A DNA stretch of 64,000 nucleotides from Escherichia coli (GCF_003991155.1 NZ_CP031293.1), one strand, 5' to 3'; shown: positions 1-15,838, numbered from the stretch's first letter. The notes: generated by a model not told the origin, from the sequence alone. Translations and numbers: made by a program.

Positions 1-1
1 T

Positions 2-558
2 GTAGTGCGTAACACCAAAGAGACGCAAATTGACGTCCAGGTGTGGCTGGATCGCGAAGGTGGCAGCAAGATTAACACCGGCGTGGGATTCTTTGATCAC
101 ATGCTGGATCAGATCGCCACCCACGGCGGTTTCCGCATGGAAATCAACGTTAAAGGCGACCTCTATATCGACGATCACCACACCGTCGAAGATACCGGCC
201 TGGCGCTGGGGGAAGCATTAAAAATTGCCCTTGGCGACAAACGCGGTATTTGCCGCTTTGGTTTTGTACTGCCGATGGACGAATGCCTTGCCCGCTGCGC
301 GCTGGATATCTCTGGTCGCCCGCACCTGGAATATAAAGCTGAATTTACCTACCAGCGCGTGGGCGATCTCAGCACTGAAATGATCGAGCACTTCTTCCGT
401 TCACTCTCTTACACCATGGGCGTGACGTTGCACCTGAAAACCAAAGGTAAAAACGATCATCACCGTGTAGAGAGCCTGTTCAAAGCCTTTGGTCGCACCC
501 TGCGCCAGGCCATCCGCGTGGAAGGCGACACCCTGCCCTCGTCGAAAGGAGTGCTGTA

Positions 559-559
<1 letters not shown>
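2..559 (+). CDS. hisB: Histidine biosynthesis bifunctional imidazoleglycerol-phosphate dehydratase/histidinol-phosphatase, C-terminal part (5' end lies outside the window)
   Basis: Open frame runs from the window edge; translation matches HisB C-terminus as remembered; stop overlaps hisH start (taATG), typical of the his operon. Confidence 0.9.
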
Positions 560-2637
<2,078 letters not shown>

Positions 2638-2644
<7 letters not shown>

Positions 2645-3249
2645 CAGAACAACAACGTCGCGAACTGGACTGGGAAAAAACCGACGGACTTATGCCGGTG
2701 ATTGTGCAACACGCGGTATCCGGCGAAGTGCTAATGCTGGGCTATATGAACCCGGAAGCTTTAGACAAAACCATCGAAAGCGGCAAAGTCACCTTCTTCT
2801 CGCGCACTAAACAACGGCTGTGGACCAAAGGCGAAACGTCGGGCAATTTTCTCAATGTGGTGAGTATTGCCCCGGACTGCGACAACGACACGTTACTGGT
2901 GCTGGCGAATCCCATCGGGCCAACCTGCCACAAAGGCACCAGCAGCTGCTTCGGCGACACCGCTCACCAGTGGCTGTTCCTGTATCAACTGGAACAACTG
3001 CTCGCCGAACGTAAATCTGCCGACCCGGAAACCTCCTACACTGCCAAACTGTATGCCAGCGGCACCAAACGCATTGCGCAGAAAGTAGGCGAAGAAGGCG
3101 TGGAAACCGCGCTGGCCGCGACGGTACATGACCGCTTTGAGCTGACCAACGAGGCATCTGATTTGATGTATCACCTGCTGGTGCTGTTGCAGGATCAGGA
3201 TCTGGATTTAACAACGGTAATTGAGAACCTGCGTAAACGGCATCAGTGA
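2638..3249 (+). CDS. hisI: Bifunctional phosphoribosyl-AMP cyclohydrolase / phosphoribosyl-ATP pyrophosphatase
   Basis: 203-aa ORF, last gene of the his operon; overlaps hisF stop. Confidence 0.95.
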
Positions 3250-3377
3250 GTGGCGTGCTGAGCAGGTGTGATGTTGTTGTCACACCCGGAGCCATTACCC
3301 GATGCGCAAGCTTATCGTGCCTACACATTATCTCAACACACGTAGGCCGGATAAGATGCGCCAGCATCGCATCCGGC

Positions 3378-3418
3378 AAAAAAAACGGGCATGGTGTCAC
3401 CACCCTGCCCGTTTCTCT
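3378..3418. terminator. Putative bidirectional rho-independent terminator between convergent hisI and wzzB
   Basis: A-run, GC-rich hairpin (acgggcatggtgtcaccaccctgcccgt), then T-rich tail; read on the minus strand the hairpin is followed by TTTTTTTT. Confidence 0.6.
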
Positions 3419-3434
3419 TAAATGCACAATAATA

Positions 3435-4415
3435 TTATTTCGCGTTGTAATTACGCAGCGCGTTACGCCCAAGCACAATCCCCGCGCCAACCATGCCGCC
3501 CAGCAGCACTGCCAGAATCAAGGTAATTGCCTTTTTCGGACTATCGCGACGAATAGGTAACGTCGGTTTCATCACATAACGGTAAGCATGAATATCAAGA
3601 TCATCAACCTTTAAGCTTTCGATATCAAGCAGGTTTTGACGAGTCTGATAGTAGTTTGGTGAGAACACCAACGGACGGGTCGCCTCATGCTTAATCATCG
3701 ACTCCAGCGCTTCGCTCCCCAAAAGGAACAACGTATCTTGTGTGATATCTTCGCCAGTCTGTTGAATCTGCGGTTTTGTCACCTGCGCCTGATTCGCATA
3801 CTGCAACGCTTCCTGAATCTGACGGATACGCAGATCTTTCTGCTCCTGCGCAACCACTTCCTGCGTTCTTAAAGAGTCCTGCAAGTTTTTCCGTCCCAGA
3901 GCAATGTTGTCCTTGAGATCCTTTTCTAACTCTTGATTCACTTTATCGTCAACTTGCTGAATGTATTGGGCCAACTTCATTTGTGCGCCCTCTGCAGTTT
4001 GCCCAACATAAGAAACAGTCAATGGTAATTGCTGGTTCTTAACAGAAGGTTCGATGGTAAGTTTTTCTGGTTCTTCCTGATTATCCAGCGTTTCTGCTAA
4101 TGCAGAGAAGGCAGAACTGAAGCGACCAATTAACGTCTCCTGCAAATCCGATACTTTCGGTGCAGCCTGACCATAGATAACATTCATGGCATTGTTATAG
4201 CCAGCAATTTGCCCCACATCGGGCTGAGTGATAATTGCTGTTGACGTCCATTTCTCCTTCGCTACTGCCAAATATCCAATAGCCAGGGCAATAGCCACAA
4301 TGACGGAAATGATGATTGTCATCTTGCCACGCCACAACTGCACTAGTAAATCAATCAAATCAATCTGTTCCGGGTCATGGTTTTGCCCAGAAACATTATT
4401 ATTTTCTACTCTCAT
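3435..4415 (-). CDS. wzzB: O-antigen chain-length determinant (polysaccharide co-polymerase)
   Basis: Translation from the internal Met (MRVENNNVSGQNHDPEQIDLIDLL...) gives 326 aa with N- and C-terminal hydrophobic segments; the ORF track's 12 extra N-terminal residues are probably not translated. Confidence 0.9.
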   Translation of the reverse strand: MRVENNNVSGQNHDPEQIDLIDLLVQLWRGKMTIIISVIVAIALAIGYLAVAKEKWTSTAIITQPDVGQIAGYNNAMNVIYGQAAPKVSDLQETLIGRFSSAFSALAETLDNQEEPEKLTIEPSVKNQQLPLTVSYVGQTAEGAQMKLAQYIQQVDDKVNQELEKDLKDNIALGRKNLQDSLRTQEVVAQEQKDLRIRQIQEALQYANQAQVTKPQIQQTGEDITQDTLFLLGSEALESMIKHEATRPLVFSPNYYQTRQNLLDIESLKVDDLDIHAYRYVMKPTLPIRRDSPKKAITLILAVLLGGMVGAGIVLGRNALRNYNAK

Positions 4416-4560
4416 CATTACCCTAACTGACGGAAATTTCCAAGTCCGCATAGTTTAGCGATAATCCTCATGAATGCTATAGGATAATTGATAAAAATAA
4501 TGAATTGTTACGCAAGTAACAAAAGACAATCAGGGCGTAAATAGCCCTGATAACAGGATG

Positions 4561-5736
<1,176 letters not shown>

Positions 5737-5974
5737 TCAGAATTAACTTAACTGTGAATCATGATGTTTTTAGCATCCTGATAAGAGTTAAAAGTTTTAA
5801 CGCTACGTTGTAAGATGGTCAACGCAACGAAAAACAATTCAGAATTTCTTTATAAGAATAGCTGATATTTATTAAGTTAATATTAAGCAGTGAAATTTAG
5901 TCTATAAGATAATTGGTAAAAAAAACCCGGCATAATATACGCCGGGCCTCAATTTTATTGTTGATTAAATCAGA

Positions 5975-7381
5975 TTAATCCAGCCATTCGGTATGGAACA
6001 CACCTTCTTTATCAATACGCTTATAAGTATGCGCACCAAAATAGTCACGCTGTGCCTGGATCAGGTTCGCAGGCAGAACAGCAGCACGGTAGCTGTCGTA
6101 ATAGGCAACCGCTGCGGAGAAGGTCGGAACCGGAATACCGTTCTGTACTGCATAAGCAACGACATCACGCAGCGCCTGCTGGTAGTCATCGGCAATTTGC
6201 TTGAAGTACGGAGCCAGCAGCAGGTTAGCGATCTGCGGATTTTCGGCATAAGCATCGGTGATTTTCTGCAGGAACTGCGCACGGATGATGCAGCCAGCAC
6301 GGAAAATCTTCGCGATTTCGCCGTAGTTCAGATCCCAGTTGTACTCTTCAGACGCAGCACGCAGCTGAGAGAAGCCCTGGGCGTAAGAAACGATTTTGCC
6401 CAGATACAGCGCACGACGAACTTTTTCGATGAACTCAGCCTTGTCGCCTGCTGGCTGTGCTTGCGGACCAGAGAGAACTTTAGATGCGGCAACACGCTGA
6501 TCTTTCAGAGAAGAGATATAACGTGCAAACACAGACTCGGTAATCAGCGACAGCGGTTCGCCGAGATCCAGCGCGCTCTGGCTGGTCCATTTACCGGTAC
6601 CTTTGTTAGCCGCTTCATCCAGGATCACATCAACCAGGTAGTTACCGTCTTCATCTTTTTTGGTGAAGATATCTTTGGTGATGTCGATCAGGTAACTGCT
6701 CAGTTCACCGTTATTCCACTCGGTAAAGGTCTGCGCCAGTTCTTCGTTGGTGAGGTTCAGGCCACCTTTAAGCAGAGAATAGGCTTCAGCAATCAGTTGC
6801 ATATCACCGTATTCGATACCGTTGTGAACCATCTTCACATAATGGCCTGCGCCATCGGCACCAATATAGGTAACGCATGGCTCCCCGTCTTCAGCTACTG
6901 CGGCGATTTTGGTCAGGATTGGTGCAACCAGTTCATAGGCTTCTTTCTGCCCACCAGGCATAATAGAAGGACCTTTCAGCGCGCCTTCTTCACCACCGGA
7001 GACACCGGTACCAATGAAGTTAAAGCCTTCGGCAGAAAGTTCACGGTTACGACGAATGGTGTCCTGGAAGAAGGTATTGCCACCATCAATGATGATGTCA
7101 CCTTTATCGAGATATGGTTTGAGGGAATCAATAGCAGCATCCGTGCCTGCACCTGCTTTCACCATTAACAGGATGCGACGAGGCGTTTCCAGAGATTCAA
7201 CAAACTCTTTCACCGTATAGTAAGGAACCAGTTTCTTGCCTGGATTTTCGGCAATCACTTCTTCCGTCTTTTCACGGGAACGGTTGAAAATAGAGACGGT
7301 ATAACCACGGCTTTCGATGTTGAGCGCAAGGTTGCGCCCCATCACTGCCATACCGACGACGCCGATCTGTTGCTTTGACAT
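5975..7381 (-). CDS. gnd: 6-phosphogluconate dehydrogenase (decarboxylating)
   Basis: 468-aa [24 protein letters not shown]...; classic gnd position flanking the O-antigen locus. Confidence 0.95.
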   Translation of the reverse strand: MSKQQIGVVGMAVMGRNLALNIESRGYTVSIFNRSREKTEEVIAENPGKKLVPYYTVKEFVESLETPRRILLMVKAGAGTDAAIDSLKPYLDKGDIIIDGGNTFFQDTIRRNRELSAEGFNFIGTGVSGGEEGALKGPSIMPGGQKEAYELVAPILTKIAAVAEDGEPCVTYIGADGAGHYVKMVHNGIEYGDMQLIAEAYSLLKGGLNLTNEELAQTFTEWNNGELSSYLIDITKDIFTKKDEDGNYLVDVILDEAANKGTGKWTSQSALDLGEPLSLITESVFARYISSLKDQRVAASKVLSGPQAQPAGDKAEFIEKVRRALYLGKIVSYAQGFSQLRAASEEYNWDLNYGEIAKIFRAGCIIRAQFLQKITDAYAENPQIANLLLAPYFKQIADDYQQALRDVVAYAVQNGIPVPTFSAAVAYYDSYRAAVLPANLIQAQRDYFGAHTYKRIDKEGVFHTEWLD

Positions 7382-7544
7382 TGTATACTCCTGTCAGGGG
7401 GTGTTCACCGCCGAGTGTGCGGCTTAAATGTGGTATAGATGTTAACTCACTCATAGAGATGGTGAATAGCAGTACCTTTGCTATACCACACTGAATATCT
7501 CATCTTTTCCGTCTTTTAAAACTTATTTATATGAAATTACTGAA

Positions 7545-8915
7545 TTACTTGTTCAATAACGCAAGGATAAGTTTTGTCTTTTCTTCCATCAGCGGCACAT
7601 CACCGCGCGATTCCACATTCAGGCGCACCACCGGTTCGGTGTTGGAGGAGCGCAGGTTAAAGCGCCAGTCGGCAAAGGTCATGCTGATGCCATCGGTGCG
7701 ATCCACCGCCAGCGCCTCACGGCTAAAATGCTGTTCGACGCGATTAATCGCCTCAGCGGGTTGCGCCAGTTTGCTGTTGATCTCACCGCTTGCCGGAAAC
7801 GCTGCCATCCGGTCGCGCACCAGTTCGCCCAGCGTTTTTCCTTTCAGACACACCAGTTCGGCGACCAGCAGCCACGGGATCATGCCGCTGTCGCAGTAAG
7901 CGAAATCACGGAAATAGTGGTGGGCGCTCATTTCGCCACCGTAGATGGCGTCTTCCTTGCGCATACGTTCTTTAATAAAGGCGTGTCCGGTTTTCGACAT
8001 CACCGGTGTGCCGCCCGCGGCGGTCACCACATCAACGGTATTCCAAGAGAGACGTGGATCGTGGATGATCTTCGCGCCGGGATTTTTTTCGAGGAACGCT
8101 TCTGCCAGCAGGCCGACAATGTAGTAGCCCTCGATAAACTGCCCTTTTTCGTCAAACAGGAAACAGCGGTCAAAATCGCCATCAAAGGCAATGCCCATAT
8201 CCGCGCCGTGTTTAATGACCGCATTGCGGGTGTCGTCGCGACATTCCGGCAGCAGCGGGTTAGGAATACCGTTGGGGAAATTGCCGTCCGGCGTGTTGTG
8301 CACTTTGATCAATTCCACAGGTGCGCCGAGGGCTTTAAAGCGGGCTTCGATAGCGTCCACCACCGGACCCGCTGCGCCGTTCCCGGAGTTGATCACCAGC
8401 TTGAGCGGCGTGAGGTTTTTGACATTGATATAACCGAACAGGTGATCAACGTAAGCGTCACGCAGGTTGATTTGCTGATAGCGACCGCATTTGGTTTCAT
8501 CGACGGGAGGAAAGTCGTTGGCTTCAGCCAGACGCTGGACGTCGCGCAGTCCGGTATCTCCGCTGATCGGGCGAGCCCCCTCGCGAACCAGCTTCATGCC
8601 ATTATAATCCATCGGATTATGGCTGGCGGTAACTTCGATGCCGCCATCCACGCCGAGATGGAACGTGGCGAAATAGATCTCTTCGGTGCCGGACATGCCG
8701 ATATCCAGCACATCGACGCCCGCATCCTGTAAACCTCTCGCCAGCGCCAGTTTTAAGGTTTCGCTGGTGAGGCGGACGTCACCGCCTAACACAATGGTTT
8801 TCGGTTTGAGAAATTCGCCATAGGCGCGACCAATGCGCCACGCAATATCTTCATTCAGTTCTTCGCCTAATTTCCCGCGAATATCATAGGCTTTAAAGCA
8901 GGTTAATTTTTTCAT
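7545..8915 (-). CDS. manB: Phosphomannomutase (O-antigen locus copy)
   Basis: 456-aa ORF with phosphohexomutase active-site loop (TASHNP); near-identical to cpsG at 30266..31636 except mainly at the C-terminus. Confidence 0.9.
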   Translation of the reverse strand: MKKLTCFKAYDIRGKLGEELNEDIAWRIGRAYGEFLKPKTIVLGGDVRLTSETLKLALARGLQDAGVDVLDIGMSGTEEIYFATFHLGVDGGIEVTASHNPMDYNGMKLVREGARPISGDTGLRDVQRLAEANDFPPVDETKCGRYQQINLRDAYVDHLFGYINVKNLTPLKLVINSGNGAAGPVVDAIEARFKALGAPVELIKVHNTPDGNFPNGIPNPLLPECRDDTRNAVIKHGADMGIAFDGDFDRCFLFDEKGQFIEGYYIVGLLAEAFLEKNPGAKIIHDPRLSWNTVDVVTAAGGTPVMSKTGHAFIKERMRKEDAIYGGEMSAHHYFRDFAYCDSGMIPWLLVAELVCLKGKTLGELVRDRMAAFPASGEINSKLAQPAEAINRVEQHFSREALAVDRTDGISMTFADWRFNLRSSNTEPVVRLNVESRGDVPLMEEKTKLILALLNK

Positions 8916-8939
8916 ATAAAAACCTTACCAATAATAAAA

Positions 8940-9698
8940 TTATTTATGCGCAAACAATTGCATTAGTTTTGAGATTTTTCTGATAATGATAGCAATTTTC
9001 CAATTTACATTATGGTTTTTCATAACTTCTACAATTTCCTTTGTACTTGATATCGCGTTATCAATTCTGGTACTTTCCCCACCCAATCTCATCTTTACAA
9101 ATACTTGAGGAACATAAATAACTTTAATATCATCACGTTTCAAAATCCTGACCATCTGATCATAGTCTGCAGCAATCCTATAGGATAAATCAAAATATCC
9201 ATCGTCTTTATATAATTCCCTCCTCATATAGAAAGATGGATGCGGTGGTGCCCAGCCTAATGATAGCTTAGAACGTTTAAAAGGACCACTACGCCAGTAT
9301 CGTTTGATTATATCAGTTTGGTTTTTTTCGAAAAAAACCAAATCACCGTATACAACATCCGCTTTTGTCTCATGGAAACGGCTTACAATAGTTTCAATAA
9401 TATCAGGTCTTGCTAAAAGGTCATCAGAATGAACGAATCCAATAATATCTCCCGTAGATAAATTTATACCTTTATTTAAAGCATCATAGATACCGTTATC
9501 GCTTTCTGATAGACATTTGGTTACTCTTGTTGATACTTCGTTAATTAGTTTTAACGTATTATCTGTAGAACCACCATCAATAATTATATACTCTATATCT
9601 TTATAGGTTTGCAACTCTATTGACTCTAAAGTATCCCTTAAAGTCTTTTCACTATTATAAGTCACTGTAATAATACTGACTTTCATTTTAACATCCAA
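8940..9698 (-). CDS. Family-2 glycosyltransferase (WcaE-like), O-antigen cluster
   Basis: 252-aa ORF with GT2 motifs (VTYNSE..., DGGSTDNT, DNGIYDA, SDD); visibly AT-rich; alternative start 12 nt downstream (MKVSIITV). Confidence 0.7.
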   Translation of the reverse strand: MDVKMKVSIITVTYNSEKTLRDTLESIELQTYKDIEYIIIDGGSTDNTLKLINEVSTRVTKCLSESDNGIYDALNKGINLSTGDIIGFVHSDDLLARPDIIETIVSRFHETKADVVYGDLVFFEKNQTDIIKRYWRSGPFKRSKLSLGWAPPHPSFYMRRELYKDDGYFDLSYRIAADYDQMVRILKRDDIKVIYVPQVFVKMRLGGESTRIDNAISSTKEIVEVMKNHNVNWKIAIIIRKISKLMQLFAHK

Positions 9699-9769
9699 TA
9701 ATAATCATAATTAAATAACGTCAGTACAGCATTACGAATAATAATGTTGCATTAGTATCCAGCATCATT

Positions 9770-11170
9770 TTAGATTCTAACAACATCATCTTCATCCAAG
9801 TAGACACCTGAACGTACCTCAATAATCTCCAAAGGGATCTTTCCTGGATTCTCAATAAAATGAGGTACACCTATTGGTATATAAGTTGATTCATTTTCAG
9901 AAACAAGAAATATTTCATCTTCATAATGGACTTTTGCTGTTCCAGAAACAACAATCCAATGCTCAGTACGATGGTAATGAATCTGTTTAGCAGTTTTATG
10001 TCCAGGATGAATAACGACATGTTTAACCTCAAATCGAGATCCTTCCGCTATAGAGTCATGACTGCCCCATGGCCTAAATATTTCACGATGCTGCAGATAT
10101 TCCGTACGGTTATTAACCTTAAGTTTTTCTACAATATTTTTTACCTGTTGAACTTTATCTTTATGCGCAACGAGAATAGCATCTTTAGTTTCAACAACTA
10201 CTAAATCTTTAACTCCTACTACACCAATTAATCTATGTTGTGAGTAAAGATAACTGTCAGAAGAATCATGAATTAATACATCTCCTCTAATTGCATTTCC
10301 ACTTTTATCTTTTCTGCTAATTTCCCATAATGCAGACCAAGAACCAACATCGCTCCAGTGGGCATTTAATGGAACTACCACAGCCTCTGTTGTTTTCTCC
10401 ATAACAGCGTAATCAATGGATTCTTCAGGGCAACAACTAAATGAGTCATTATCTATACGGATAAAATCAAGATCTTGTGTAGAGGACTTCAATGCTTGTT
10501 GGCATATTTTTAGTATGTCTGGTCTAAATTTATTCAACTCATCAATAAACACAGAAGCCCTAAACATGAATATTCCACTATTCCAAAGATAATCTCCATC
10601 TTCAAGATATTTTTTGGCCACATCTAGCTCAGGCTTTTCAACAAAAGCAGAAACTTTAAAACCATATTCATTTAAATTTTCTCCGGTTTTTATGTAGCCA
10701 TATCCAGTTTCGGGTTTGGTTGGCACAATACCAAAAGTTACCAGCTTACCTTCCTCTGCAAATTCTTTTGCAGCCAATATTGACGATATAAAGCGCTTTT
10801 GGTCTTGTATTTCATGATCGGCTGCTAGTACAAGCAGTATTGGATCCTCACCTGATGAAATCGCTTTAAGAGCAGCAAGCGCAACTGCGGGGGCTGTATT
10901 ACGACCTATCGGCTCTAGTAAAATGCCACTATTCGCTAAATTTACATTACGCATTTGTTCTGCAACGATAAAACGATGAACTTCATTACAAATAACCAGA
11001 GCAGGACGATGTTCAACCCCTTCAAGCCTTCTTAAGGTCTCTTGTAGCATAGTCAAACGACTAGTTAACGATAGGAATTGCTTCGGATATAGTGTTCGAG
11101 AAAGTGGCCACAATCTAGTTCCAGAACCACCGGCCATTACAACAGGAAGTAGCATATAAATAACCTTCAC
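9770..11170 (-). CDS. manC: Mannose-1-phosphate guanylyltransferase (O-antigen locus copy)
   Basis: 466-aa ORF with nucleotidyltransferase motif (MAGGSGTRLWPLSR) and C-terminal cupin region; diverged paralogue of cpsB; true start may be the Met 15 nt downstream. Confidence 0.85.
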   Translation of the reverse strand: MKVIYMLLPVVMAGGSGTRLWPLSRTLYPKQFLSLTSRLTMLQETLRRLEGVEHRPALVICNEVHRFIVAEQMRNVNLANSGILLEPIGRNTAPAVALAALKAISSGEDPILLVLAADHEIQDQKRFISSILAAKEFAEEGKLVTFGIVPTKPETGYGYIKTGENLNEYGFKVSAFVEKPELDVAKKYLEDGDYLWNSGIFMFRASVFIDELNKFRPDILKICQQALKSSTQDLDFIRIDNDSFSCCPEESIDYAVMEKTTEAVVVPLNAHWSDVGSWSALWEISRKDKSGNAIRGDVLIHDSSDSYLYSQHRLIGVVGVKDLVVVETKDAILVAHKDKVQQVKNIVEKLKVNNRTEYLQHREIFRPWGSHDSIAEGSRFEVKHVVIHPGHKTAKQIHYHRTEHWIVVSGTAKVHYEDEIFLVSENESTYIPIGVPHFIENPGKIPLEIIEVRSGVYLDEDDVVRI

Positions 11171-11622
11171 TTAAAATAATTTTTTGTGTACTGATGAACT
11201 GAGGAATTAGCTAACAATTCGGCTATATCGAACCAATTGTAAGTACTATGTTGTAGTGTTGGATAGTTAATTTGATGTGGCATCAAACTAATCTCATATC
11301 CGTGTACGACATAATGAGTTGAAAAACAAGTCCCAGAAAAATTGTCGCTGTAGAAATGTTCATAAATCCCAAGAAATTTTGCTTCATTAATGCTAATTTG
11401 AACACCCAATTCTTCTAAAGTAACTCTTTTGAATGCGTTCTCGAAAGACTCATCTTTAAGAATCCGTCCCCCCGGCACAAACCAATAATTTTGTGCTGGA
11501 CGATTAAGGCGCTGACCAAGCAGCGCCTTACCATCTTCGTTTCTTATAATAAGGTCTATCGAGATTAGTGGAGTATGTTCAACTATTGATTTAAATAACT
11601 CTGTTTCTAATCTCTTGTTCAA
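11167..11622 (-). CDS. gmm: GDP-mannose mannosyl hydrolase (Nudix), O-antigen locus copy
   Basis: 151-aa ORF, paralogue of the colanic acid gmm/wcaH (shared YWFVPGGR motif); sits between fcl and manC. Confidence 0.8.
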   Translation of the reverse strand: MNKRLETELFKSIVEHTPLISIDLIIRNEDGKALLGQRLNRPAQNYWFVPGGRILKDESFENAFKRVTLEELGVQISINEAKFLGIYEHFYSDNFSGTCFSTHYVVHGYEISLMPHQINYPTLQHSTYNWFDIAELLANSSVHQYTKNYFK

Positions 11623-11624
11623 TA

Positions 11625-12590
11625 TTAACTCCTAAATGAGTCAAGATTATTTATAAACCATTTATATGTTAATTCTAGTCCTTGTTTTAAATTATAACGA
11701 TATTTCCAACCCAAATTCTCAAGGCGTGTAACATCCATAAGTTTACGAGGCGAACCATCTGGTTTTGTTATATCAAAAACAATTTTTCCATCATAGCCAA
11801 CAACTAAAGCCATTGTTTCTGCCATTTCACGTATGGAACAATCAACACCAGTACCTACGTTAATATGAGATAACATTGGTTGAGTATTTTTTTTATAAAT
11901 TTCATCATCAAGCTCCATCACATATACTGATGCAGCGGCCATATCATCAACATATAAAAACTCGCGTTTTGGAGTTCCCGTTCCCCAGACAACCACTTCA
12001 TTTAAACCAAGTTCCTTTGCTTCATGAAAACGCCGCATAAGCGCTGGAATTACATGTGAGTTATTGGGATGAAAATTATCATTCATACCATATAAGTTAG
12101 TAGGCATTACACTGCGATAATCACATCCATATTGGCGATTATAAGATTCACATAGCTTTATACCTGCTATTTTGGAAATAGCATAAGGCTCATTAGTAGG
12201 CTCAAGAGTTCCCGTCAAAAGTGCAGATTCTTTCATTGGCTGTTCTGCAAACTTTGGATAGATACAACTTGACCCTAAGAATAATAGTTTCTTTATGCCC
12301 GCTTTGTAAGATGAGTGAATAATATTGCTTTCAATAAGAAGGTTCTGATAAATAAATTCAGCTGGAAAAGTGTTATTAGCATGAATTCCTCCTACTTTTG
12401 CTGCTGCAAGGTAAACCTGATCTATTCTCTCTTGCTCAAAAAAACATTCAACATCCTTTTGAACTGTCAAATCGAGTTCTTTGTGAGTTTTGACAATTAA
12501 CTCAACATCATTACGTGCTAATAATTGACGACAAATAGCAGAACCAACCATCCCACGATGTCCAGCCACAAAAATTCGCTTCTTGGTCAT
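11625..12590 (-). CDS. fcl: GDP-L-fucose synthase (O-antigen locus copy)
   Basis: 321-aa ORF ([19 protein letters not shown]...) clearly paralogous to the fcl at 34970..35935. Confidence 0.9.
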   Translation of the reverse strand: MTKKRIFVAGHRGMVGSAICRQLLARNDVELIVKTHKELDLTVQKDVECFFEQERIDQVYLAAAKVGGIHANNTFPAEFIYQNLLIESNIIHSSYKAGIKKLLFLGSSCIYPKFAEQPMKESALLTGTLEPTNEPYAISKIAGIKLCESYNRQYGCDYRSVMPTNLYGMNDNFHPNNSHVIPALMRRFHEAKELGLNEVVVWGTGTPKREFLYVDDMAAASVYVMELDDEIYKKNTQPMLSHINVGTGVDCSIREMAETMALVVGYDGKIVFDITKPDGSPRKLMDVTRLENLGWKYRYNLKQGLELTYKWFINNLDSFRS

Positions 12591-12593
12591 ACT

Positions 12594-13715
12594 TTAACGC
12601 TCCAAAGAGACTGCCACGTCAAAACCATGGCTTTTAAGAAGTGCATGCTGTTTAGCTTTTTCTAAATCACTAGCCACCATTTCTGCACACATTTCTTCAA
12701 CTGTAATCTCTGGCTCCCAACCCAAGACATTTTTTGCTTTTGTTGGATCACCAAGAAGAGTTTCAACTTCTGCTGGTCGAAAATAACGAGGGTCAACGCG
12801 AACAATAACATCACCAATATTAACACCAACGGCGCAATCTGATGTTTTATTTACAACAAATGCAATCTCATCAACACCAGTACCGGAAAACTCAAGTTCA
12901 AGTCCAACTTCTTTAGCAGACATACGGACAAATTCACGTACAGATATTTGTTTGCCGGTGGCAATAACAAAGTCTTCTGGCTGGTCTTGTTGAAGCATCA
13001 TCCATTGCATACGAACATAATCTTTCGCATGCCCCCAATCGCGTAAAGAATCCATGTTGCCAAGATATAAGCATTTTTCTATTCCCTGCGATATATTAGC
13101 TATAGCACGTGTGATTTTACGTGTTACAAACGTTTCCCCACGACGTGGGGATTCATGATTGAACAAAATACCGTTACATGCATACATTCCATAAGACTCA
13201 CGATAGTTTACAGTGATCCAATATGCATACAGTTTAGCTACGGCATAAGGTGAACGAGGATAGAACGGCGTTGTCTCTTTTTGTGGAACTTCCTGAACTA
13301 ATCCATACAATTCAGAGGTTGACGCCTGATAAAATCGGGTTTTTTTTTCTAATCCCAAAAAACGAATAGCTTCCAATAATCGTAAAGTACCTATAGCATC
13401 AACATCAGCTGTATATTCTGGGGATTCGAAGGAAACAGCTACGTGACTCATTGCGCCAAGATTATAAACTTCATCAGGTTGAACTTCAGATAATATCCGA
13501 GTCAAATTAGAAGTATCTGTTAAATCACCATAATGAAGTTGTAATTTTAAATTACGATGGTGTGGGTCTTGATATATATGATCAATACGGTCAGTATTAA
13601 ACAAGGAAGATCGACGTTTTATTCCATGAACCTCATAGCCTTTTTTAAGCAGAAATTCTGCCAAGTAGGAACCATCTTGCCCGGTAATTCCTGTAATTAA
13701 AGCTTTCTTACACAT
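12594..13715 (-). CDS. gmd: GDP-mannose 4,6-dehydratase (O-antigen locus copy)
   Basis: 373-aa ORF ([17 protein letters not shown]...) highly similar to the colanic acid gmd at 35938..37059. Confidence 0.95.
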   Translation of the reverse strand: MCKKALITGITGQDGSYLAEFLLKKGYEVHGIKRRSSLFNTDRIDHIYQDPHHRNLKLQLHYGDLTDTSNLTRILSEVQPDEVYNLGAMSHVAVSFESPEYTADVDAIGTLRLLEAIRFLGLEKKTRFYQASTSELYGLVQEVPQKETTPFYPRSPYAVAKLYAYWITVNYRESYGMYACNGILFNHESPRRGETFVTRKITRAIANISQGIEKCLYLGNMDSLRDWGHAKDYVRMQWMMLQQDQPEDFVIATGKQISVREFVRMSAKEVGLELEFSGTGVDEIAFVVNKTSDCAVGVNIGDVIVRVDPRYFRPAEVETLLGDPTKAKNVLGWEPEITVEEMCAEMVASDLEKAKQHALLKSHGFDVAVSLER

Positions 13716-13725
13716 AAATAACCTC

Positions 13726-14733
13726 TCAAAACTTAGATAGTGATTTATATAGATTATATGTTTCGGAGAAACACTTCCCCCATGAAAATTTATTAGATTG
13801 CGCTAATCCTTTATTTTTTAATTCATTAGCGTTAGCTTCTACACTTAATAAAGCTGAGAATAAACTTTCAATTGATACTTCTTCGACTAAAATCGCACTA
13901 TCCCCCACAACCTCGGGTATTGATGATCTATTTACGGCTATCACAGGACAGCCAGTTCGCATAGCCTCAAGCAAGGGAATTCCAAACCCTTCATATTCTG
14001 AAGGATAGATTAAGCAATAAGCCGAATTATATAATATATTTAGTTTTTCATTTGATACCTTCCCTAAGTACTGGAATCTTTCTGGAAGATATTCAGATAG
14101 TAACTTCATTTCTGCTTTATTTAAACCACCTCCGCCGACTATTTTAAGATTAGTATCAAAAAGTTTAGAAATGGCTTTAACTGCAAGCTCAAAATTTTTA
14201 TATCCTGAACGAGCACCGACAAAAAGCACAAAATTTTCTTTTTCTAGATTTAAGTGTCTATAATCTTCCGATACACCATTATGAATAACATGTATCTTTT
14301 TTTCATCAACCTTAAAGAAATTAATTAAATCCTTGGCTGTATTATTAGAGACACAAATGATTGCATCGCTATGTTTCACAGCCCATCTTTTTTGTAAGCT
14401 ATGAACATTGCGCCGAAGTCCTTTCATATACAATTCATATGTGAAATCGTGGACCGTGGTCACAACCGCATATTCCCCATCTTTCGGAACCCGATAATAT
14501 GTAGAATGAAATATACTGTAATCTGAATCACTTTTTAATGCTTCAAAACATCTATATCGTTCTAAAAACCGGCATGGCCGATGGAGATCATCATTGTGAT
14601 TTTCATTTTTATCATTAAATTGAATGAACTTGTATTCGTCATTTTTTAATCTCTTAATGATTTCTTCAAAGTATACAGTGATACCACCATATGATTGTAA
14701 ACTTTTCACAATCCCATCATATAATATTTTCAT
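13726..14733 (-). CDS. Family-4 (GT-B) glycosyltransferase, O-antigen cluster
   Basis: 335-aa ORF with C-terminal [13 protein letters not shown] motif typical of GT4 enzymes; AT-rich. Confidence 0.7.
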   Translation of the reverse strand: MKILYDGIVKSLQSYGGITVYFEEIIKRLKNDEYKFIQFNDKNENHNDDLHRPCRFLERYRCFEALKSDSDYSIFHSTYYRVPKDGEYAVVTTVHDFTYELYMKGLRRNVHSLQKRWAVKHSDAIICVSNNTAKDLINFFKVDEKKIHVIHNGVSEDYRHLNLEKENFVLFVGARSGYKNFELAVKAISKLFDTNLKIVGGGGLNKAEMKLLSEYLPERFQYLGKVSNEKLNILYNSAYCLIYPSEYEGFGIPLLEAMRTGCPVIAVNRSSIPEVVGDSAILVEEVSIESLFSALLSVEANANELKNKGLAQSNKFSWGKCFSETYNLYKSLSKF

Positions 14734-14801
14734 TTTTTGTTTTCATATATATAGATAACAATACAGTAAGCAATGAAATGGATGATTATAATTGTTTCAA
14801 T

Positions 14802-15818
14802 TTACTCTTTATATCCATTTGGATTCATTGTTTGCCATCTCCATGCATCTTCCACCATATTATTAAGAGTCCTTTTAGCAACCCAACTTAGCTGCTCGTT
14901 TGCTAAGGAAGGATCGGACCAACATTCAGCCACATCTCCATTTCGCTCAGAAACGATACGGAAAGGTATATCGCGTCCTGTTTCCAGTTTAAAAGCGTCG
15001 ATGATATCTAACACACTATAACCTTGACCAGTGCCTAAATTAAAAACTTTAAGCCCCTGGTTTCTATTGAGATTTTTTAAAGCGGCAAGATGCCCCTCAA
15101 CTAAATCGACTACATGGATATAATCTCTTACACCTGTTCCATCTTTTGTCATATATTTATTACCAAAAACATTTAGATAGGGTAATTTTCCAATTGCGAC
15201 TTGCGCAACATAGGGAAACAGGTTATTAGGAGTTCCTAAAGGATCTTCTCCAATTAATCCAGTCTCATGAGCACCTACAGGATTAAAATATCTTAGTATT
15301 GTGATATTTGCGTCGCTATTCGCGTTACAAAAATCACGCAATATATGTTCCACCATAAACTTTGAACGACCGTACGGATTGATCACCTCACCGACAGGGT
15401 GTTTTTCAGATATTGGAACATAATGAGGATTGCCATAGACAGTAGCAGACGAACTAAAAATTAGATTAGAAATATTCGCTTTCTGCATTTCATCAAGTAA
15501 TATTAGAGTCCCCAAAAGATTTGTGTCGTAATATTCTAATGGTTTTTTAATGGACTCGTTAACAGATTTTAAACCCGCAAAATGCATTACAGTAGAAACA
15601 TTATATTTTGAAAAGATATTTTTTAATATATGTCTATCTCTAATATCACCACGTAATTTTTTTATCTTAGATAAGCAAATTTCCTCTACTCGTTCTAGAG
15701 ATTTTGGAGAGGAATTGCAATAATTATCTAGCGATATAACATCATATCCATTTTGCAATAAAGTTAATATAGCATGTGAGCCAATATAGCCAGCCCCACC
15801 AGTCACAAGTATGCTCAT
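14802..15818 (-). CDS. UDP-hexose / UDP-N-acetylhexosamine 4-epimerase (GalE family)
   Basis: 338-aa ORF with N-terminal TGGAGYIGSH Rossmann motif and overall GalE-like layout; embedded in the O-antigen cluster; substrate not determinable from sequence. Confidence 0.85.
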   Translation of the reverse strand: MSILVTGGAGYIGSHAILTLLQNGYDVISLDNYCNSSPKSLERVEEICLSKIKKLRGDIRDRHILKNIFSKYNVSTVMHFAGLKSVNESIKKPLEYYDTNLLGTLILLDEMQKANISNLIFSSSATVYGNPHYVPISEKHPVGEVINPYGRSKFMVEHILRDFCNANSDANITILRYFNPVGAHETGLIGEDPLGTPNNLFPYVAQVAIGKLPYLNVFGNKYMTKDGTGVRDYIHVVDLVEGHLAALKNLNRNQGLKVFNLGTGQGYSVLDIIDAFKLETGRDIPFRIVSERNGDVAECWSDPSLANEQLSWVAKRTLNNMVEDAWRWQTMNPNGYKE

Positions 15819-15838
15819 ACTTTAATAGCTCCAATACC

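Noticed and set aside
2852-3490. 212-aa minus-strand ORF overlapping hisI and the hisI-wzzB intergenic terminator
   Set aside because: Overlaps the well-supported hisI on the opposite strand and crosses a terminator hairpin; no plausible start context.
5993-7168. 391-aa + strand ORF antisense to gnd
   Set aside because: Shadow ORF within the highly conserved gnd gene; low-complexity translation with no motifs.
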